From Hamiltosporidium tvaerminnensis FI-OER-3-3 (Eukaryota > Fungi > Microsporidia), in assembly GCA_022605425.2 (NCBI GenBank), contig CM061247.1, positions 372,001 through 436,000 of the forward strand: a DNA stretch of 64,000 bases, given 5' to 3'. The position numbers were made by a program, and so were the translations under genes. Position 1 is the stretch's first letter. Each line of letters starts with the position of its first letter. Below the pieces are notes generated by a model. The model was not told the DNA's origin. It saw only the letters and a program-made list of their open reading frames with translations, and searched no databases. Shown piece by piece: positions 58,043 to 64,000 of the stretch.

Positions 58043-60540
58043 CTAAATTATACTTAATCTCCTTTTAAGTTCAACAATTAAATTCACATCTTCTTCATCA
58101 AATTCACTCTTAAAATGTTTCTTGAGAATATCAATAGACTTTCTTGTCAAAACAGAATACAAAAAATCAGATTCAACAAAATGTCTTCCAAACATTTTTG
58201 GTGTATCACTTCCTATTTCTATCTTAATAGCCACCTCACTTCCTTTCTTAGCCTCCTCAACTTTTTTCTTATTCAACTCAATAGAAGTAACATTTCCCAA
58301 TTTAATAATTTCCTCTTTAAACACACAAACAGGTGTCCCTATTTTTAAAATTCCTTGTTCTACACAAACCCCAAGAATTAATGGACTTCGTTTATTAAAA
58401 ACACAATTCGGTAAAATTTTTAACTTTACAGGATAAATAATTTCTAACAAATTTTCTTTTTTTATTTTTTCTTTTTCAGTAATAAAATGTCGTTTTAATT
58501 GATCTAATAAATGGTAAATAATATCTGCGTGAAATATTTTTATTTGTAATGAATTGGCAAGTTCATAAATTTCTTTATCAATTTTTACATCAAAACACAA
58601 CATTACAGCAAAATCTTTGTTTTTTTCTAGAATTGAGGATGTAATTATTACATCTTTTTTTCTTACATTTCCTATACTTACACTTGAAATTGGAATTTCT
58701 TCTGACTGTAAAAAACTTACCAGTGCTTCTAAAGAACCAAGTGTACTGGTCTGTACATGAACACCTATTTCTGATGTTTTTATATTTGAAATTACAGATT
58801 CTAAATCTTGCATTACTTCTGTTTTTACTTTTTCAATATCTTCTTCAACAAATAAAATTCTTGTTCCGGCCACAGCTTTTTCTAAATCCAAAGCAGAAAT
58901 TTTTACTCCGAGACTGGCTTTTACAACTTTACAAGTCATATAATTACTTTTTAAACGAAGTTCTCTTAAAGGTTGAGGAACAAGAAGTGCTTTGATTGTT
59001 GTAACTATCGGTCCTTCAAATCCACAAACACATATTTTATCTCCTTCTTTAAGACTTCCATTGGCTAGAATTACATCTACAGTTGTTCCGTATCCTTCAA
59101 CATTTTTTACTTCTAAAATTGTACATTCTAAAGTTTCTTTAAATTTCATTTTGGTTACCATAAAGTTTTCAGAGAGTTGTACAATATTTCTTATTAAATC
59201 TGGTATTCCTTCACCTGTAATGGCAGAGGTAGGAATTAAACTTATAAATTTTCTTCGGTCAGGATTTTCACTGTAAAGGCGTGCATTGAGACTAATTTCT
59301 GAAAATTTAATTATTGTTTCGTTTAATCGCTCTGTAAATTCTATTTGAGCATTTTTTGGTTGCTTTTTGAATGTCTCGTCGAAAGAAGAAAATTCGTTCG
59401 GTTTCCATCCATAAATTCTGTCAATTTTATTTAAGGCAACCAAAAAAGGTGTTTTTCTTTGTTTTAAAAGTTGGATACTTTCAAGTGTCTGTGGTTCTAG
59501 AAGATGCAGAATGTCAACAACAAGAATAGCCAAATTACAGAGTGAGGATCCTCTGCTTCGTAAATTGGAAAACGATTCGTGTCCAGGAGTATCTATGATA
59601 AGAACTCCGGGTAAATCTGTTTTTTCAATATCAAATTTTTTGAGAAGAGAAGATAACGGAAAATATGTAGCACCGATCTGTTGTGTAATTCCCCCCGCTT
59701 CAGCTCCTTGAATATTTGTCTCTCGTAGTTTATCCAACAATTTGGTCTTTCCTGTGTCCACATGTCCTAAAATACAACAAATAGGACTTTTTAAATTTCC
59801 AGAAACTGTAATTTCGGATTCTTCTTTACAAAAATCTTCTTTTTTATTTTTCATTTTAAATGCAAATCTTCGTGTGGATTTGATTTTCGTTTCTACTTTT
59901 TTTTCTTCCGTTTTTTTTAAAATTTCTTTTTCTTTAAATTCATTTTTTATTTTTAAATTTTCTAATTTTATTCTTTCTTCTTCTATTCGTTGCATTTCTT
60001 GAAATTCTTCTTCTGCTTTTTTCTTTTCTTCTAAAATTCTTTTTATCTCTGCAATTGAAGTACCTTTTTTACCACCACGTCCCATTAAAGGCGTGGGGCG
60101 AGTAACAGGCAGTTGATCTTCCTTTTTAATATCTTGTTTAGCAGTTTGGTTGTTATCTTGTGTAATATCTTGTTTAGTATTTTTATTAATAGAAGATTTG
60201 TTTTCTTGTTTAGTAGTTTCTTTATCTACTGTTTTACAAACTGGTTTGTTTTCCTTTTTACTCTCTACATTTGTCTTTTTATCCATAATTTCAACTTCTT
60301 CTTTTTTATTCTCTTCTTTTATATTACTTCTATCTGACGTTTCTTCTTTTTTATTCTCTTCTTTTATATTACTTCTATCTGACGTTTCTTCTTTTTTATT
60401 CTCTTCTTTTATATTACTTCTATCTGACGTTTCTTCTTTTTATTCTCTTCTTTTATATTACTTCTATCTGACGTTTCTTCTGCCGTTTTTAAAAGATCTC
60501 CCAAAAAATCATTTTCTTGGTTTTTCTTCTTTTTTGCCAT
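58043..60540 (-). CDS. EIF5B: Translation initiation factor eIF5B; probable true start at 60540, with a 1-nt deletion at 60437-60441
   Basis: KSPICCILGHVDTGKTKLLD, EAGGITQQIGA, DTPGHESF, NKID, STLGSLEAL. The upstream MAKKKKNQENDFLGD frame joins the 58043-60286 ORF if one A is added to an A5 run that is A6 in the three sister repeats. Confidence 0.93.
60293..60480. repeat. Coding tandem repeat (EETSDRSNIKEENKK, 45 bp) x4 in the eIF5B N-terminus
   Basis: ttttattctcttcttttatattacttctatctgacgtttcttc occurs four times. Confidence 0.9.
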
Positions 60541-61349
60541 TTTTAGGATTTATTATTTCTTTTTTTTTATAAATATTTAATCTGTAAACTCGTTTTAGAA
60601 ATTTACGTTTCATTTGTTTTACCCTGTTTTTTATTATTAAGTCCAATGCACGAGAAAACGATTTGAAATGAAAAAAGAATAAAAATTTGAAGAAAAAAAA
60701 GAATTGGGAACGGAAATAATTTATTCTTATCAAAGCTTGAATTTTAAAAGAAACACTTAAAAATACATATAATCACTTAAATATTTAATAAGAAACATAA
60801 AAATCAACATTAATATTTTATAATGCTTCTATTTCTCGATTTTGAATCATTTATTTTATTTCTTATTGTGATATCATTTATATAATTTAGTAATGTCTTG
60901 ATAACGACTCACCTCGAAATGTTTATTCGATTAAAGGACTATAGACACTAATATGAATCCTCTAATTAAGATATGTCTCTTTCTATTTGTTCATAAATCT
61001 TACATAACTAATAATAATGAGTAGAACTCAACATAAAACAATTAAAAAGATTCTATTGGTTAAAGAAAATTTGAATTAAACATTGTAAATTTTCTTCTAA
61101 ATTGTATTATTTATCGAGAGTAACATAAGGGAATTTGTTTTTTAAATTTTCTAAAGTTTTCATTTTTGAAAAAAAATTTAAATAAATTTGTTCTGATTTC
61201 TTTTCTAAGAATTTACAGTTACACGAATAATTGTATGTAAGATTGATAGGATTTTAGGTTTTCTCATGTGAAATCAAAAATATTCGCAACAATAATTTCA
61301 CAAAATAATTTTGCTTGAATAGACTTCGTGAACATATACTTGATTAAAT

Positions 61350-61720
61350 TAAAATATTTTTTATAAAACTGACTAAGAATTTATGCAATAAATAGAGTAA
61401 TCAATGCAGCTCGTTAAAAAGCACGGTTTTTTCAGTCATATAAAGCTTTGCAAGAATAATTTTTTTCGAAAAAAAGGACAAAATTGAATCAAAAAGTGAA
61501 AAACTAAACATAAAACGCCGAGCTGAAGTTCAGAAGAATTTAAATACGTGAAAGTAAGAAGAATAATACGCAAAATAACAAATATCCTAAAATTTTATTG
61601 AGGAATTGCTTAAGAGCGGCAAATAATTCAGATATGAAAGGCAAAAAAAAATACGAGAATAGACTGGGTGAGAGTATAAAATTTTTATTGAGATGATTGA
61701 GGAATTATGGCACAAATAAC
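61350..61720 (+). mobile_element. Possible degenerate N-terminal fragment of a related non-LTR element
   Basis: AINRVINAAR (cf. AVARIIQAAQ) and KIESKSEKL (cf. NIESKISKL) in the expected order. Confidence 0.35.
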
Positions 61721-62111
61721 GAACTCTAAGATTATTCTTAGGCAATTTGTTCTCATTAATGTGAATGAAAGTTCGTTTCTAAGAGCCTAAAGTTTAGTTA
61801 TTTATATCCCAAAATGATAATATTTTCTAGAAAATTATAAAAATAACTATATTTTAAAATTAGAAAAGCGGGTGCAAGTTGAAATAACAAAAAATGATTC
61901 ACTTAATATAATAGCCATTATAAATATAATAAAGGAACGGTTGGCATAAAGACGATCCCGCTTATTAGAGACCTACTTCAAACCTAGCTGCCTTTAAGAA
62001 CATTACGGCACTTAATTTTTTAATTTTTTTTATTTGATTAATTTAATTATTAAAAATTTAGTACTGTTTTACGGTACATTTAGATTTAAATTTGTTTATA
62101 AATGAATACAG

Positions 62112-62340
62112 GATGGAGAGAGTGCAACCATATTAAAAACCATTTGCTTGGCAATGAGTTAGTGAAATAGTTGTGAAATCATTGTTGATATTTTGTTGAG
62201 ATATAAACCACACAGGTCTATAGACCTTTCTCCTATAATCCCGAGTCATAACAGATTAAAAGAAACAAATGAAAACCTTTCAGTTGTTCATTCTCACACT
62301 AAGAGGTAAAACAGGAATGGAATATGTAAGTAGATAAATG
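62112..62340 (+). mobile_element. Degenerate, truncated third copy of the 727-nt element
   Basis: atggagagagtgcaaccatattaaaaaccatttgcttggcaatgagttagtgaaatagttgtgaaatcattgttg..aaccacac aligns to the element's first ~110 nt. Confidence 0.7.
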
Positions 62341-62399
62341 GTTTTTTCTGTCTGTAGATTTTCTCGAGTGATCTTTGATATGACCTACTCTAAATTTTT

Positions 62400-63950
62400 T
62401 TTTCTCAATTTATTCTTTCGAAGCGCATCTTAGCTTTTTTAGTGTATTGCTTCGCATAACATATAAGCGCAGCTTGCATGATATGGCTGCATTCTTACCT
62501 GATCCATGAACACAAGCTTTAGCATATTCATCGAATATTGGGTGAATAAGGTTTGGATCTTTTTGTGAACAAATCATTTAAGTAATTCGGTTTAAGACCA
62601 CTCCATTTTAGATTTCCTAATCTAGGATGGGTTGGGTTTGGATGAAGACCAGAAGGAAATTTTTAATTTTTCAGGGGTCAAAATTCTTTTATCATTACCC
62701 GTTTTGTGTCAATATAATTTCTATTTAGCAAAATTATGTAAAATAATATCCACTTTATTTAAGAAAGTTCCAAAGAATTTAAACACAAGGTACTTCGTGT
62801 CTTACATTGATAATTCTTCCTAAAAATATATTCGTAAATGTAAACATTCAACTTAAGGCTTTTGTTAATATTTTGATTCGTTTTAAACCTTTAGAATCTC
62901 GACCATAGAATTTAATTTGTGTTTGTATGAATACCCGATCGTGATACGAAATTATTTGAATGATTCACACAATCTAAGAAAAATCTTGATTCTGTCTAAA
63001 TATTGATAGGTATGAACGGTGGTCATCAGAATATAAGATACACCTTGGGATAGAATCATATACAGTATTTTGTAAAATATCCAAAGTTTTATTTGTATAA
63101 TTTGCATTTAGAACTTCCTTGTCGTTTTTGAAGTAATCCGTTCACCATTTTTGGCCATTAAGACCACCTCCATATTACTTCCTCTTGCCTACAACCGTTT
63201 CATCTATTCAAACCATTTCTCTGGGCCCGCCAATTTTTTCAAAGTAATACAAACAATCATTTGTATTGGCAATCTCAAATCTTTAATAGAGTCTGCTATA
63301 TTTGCATCTGAAAAACCATGCATTGCTTTGATGGCATCACATGGCAGCTCATATAAGTAGCAAATAATATAAATTACAGCATGATGTCCAATTTTTAAAT
63401 TTTCATCTTGCAAAAAAGCAATATTCAGTATTTTTCTTAGCATAAAACGTACAGTAGAAACGAATCCTTACTAAAGAAAGAATTAAGGCGCCTAGGGTTC
63501 TATTGCAGACAAAACATGATCTAACTAAATCGTTGTTTTCCCAATCAAAATGCTCTTCTAAGTCACTGTCGTTTCTTATTTACATTTTAAAGATTAAGAT
63601 CATAGTTCTCCACCCTTAATAAGTATCATATAAAAGAAAAATTAAATTACTTTTGAGTGAGAAATTTTAAGGCGAAATTTAAATTTTTTTTAAGGTCGTA
63701 AATATTTTGTAATTTTGTAATTTTTTTATTGTAAGATTGACAAACAAGGCGTAAAAACAAAAAATATTTGACCACTAAAAAATTTATTGTTCCTCTGACC
63801 TTCATCGAAAGTTCAACACTGGGATCTCTTTGAACATAGTCAAGAACTTATCTTTGGCGATAATGCAAACAGCGGTATCAAAAAGAGAACATTTTCGGGA
63901 GACAAAAGGCAATTCGACGCCTCTCTTCACTCTCTTATTATTTTACCATC
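62400..63950 (-). mobile_element. Possible highly degenerate RT-type retroelement of another family
   Basis: Weak remnants FYALFVNL (RT FxDxxKAFD-like region) and VLSAIEP in plausible order. GC-richer than the flanks, no intact ORF. Confidence 0.3.
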
Positions 63951-64000
63951 ATTTTGCCTCACATTGTGTCATCTTTATACGATATGAAAGCTACAGCTCA

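Noticed and set aside
1-64000. tRNA, rRNA and snRNA genes
   Set aside because: No convincing T-loop/D-loop cloverleaf, rRNA block or U1/U2/U5/U6 signature was seen by eye. Divergent ones could be missed without tRNAscan-SE or Infernal.

Overview
Very AT-rich eukaryotic DNA, most consistent with a large-genome, TE-rich microsporidian. This is an inference from CCC/GGG motifs just upstream of start codons, 22-31 nt GTAAGT..TAAT..AG introns and reduced, divergent housekeeping proteins. Recognisable genes are Vps34-like PI3K and TAF4 (each present twice in a >=5.1 kb inverted duplication, 1-5160 vs 14670-19829), a DUF1749-type hydrolase, TYW1, an acyl-protein thioesterase-like esterase, Swd1/RbBP5-like, Sec16-like (split by two compensating frameshifts), Sec61 alpha (31-nt intron), Cdc6-like, Trs33/TRAPPC6-like (22-nt intron, missed by the ORF track), Bre1 and eIF5B, plus three orphan ORFs. 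Intergenic DNA holds many copies of different ages of an R4/Dong-like non-LTR retrotransposon with a restriction-like endonuclease (REL), one IS630/Tc1-type DNA transposon, a small RTE-like bipartite SINE and strand-asymmetric minisatellites. The most interesting unexplained element is a ~727-nt non-coding, heavily base-paired mobile sequence (52791-53517) with a 13-bp target-site duplication (TSD). It has two further copies (6423-7126, garbled by the assembly but with its own TSD; ~62112, degenerate). It contains a partial HDV-ribozyme-like nested pairing pattern and lies 25 nt downstream of an intact endonuclease-only ORF. All alignments and base pairings were done by eye.
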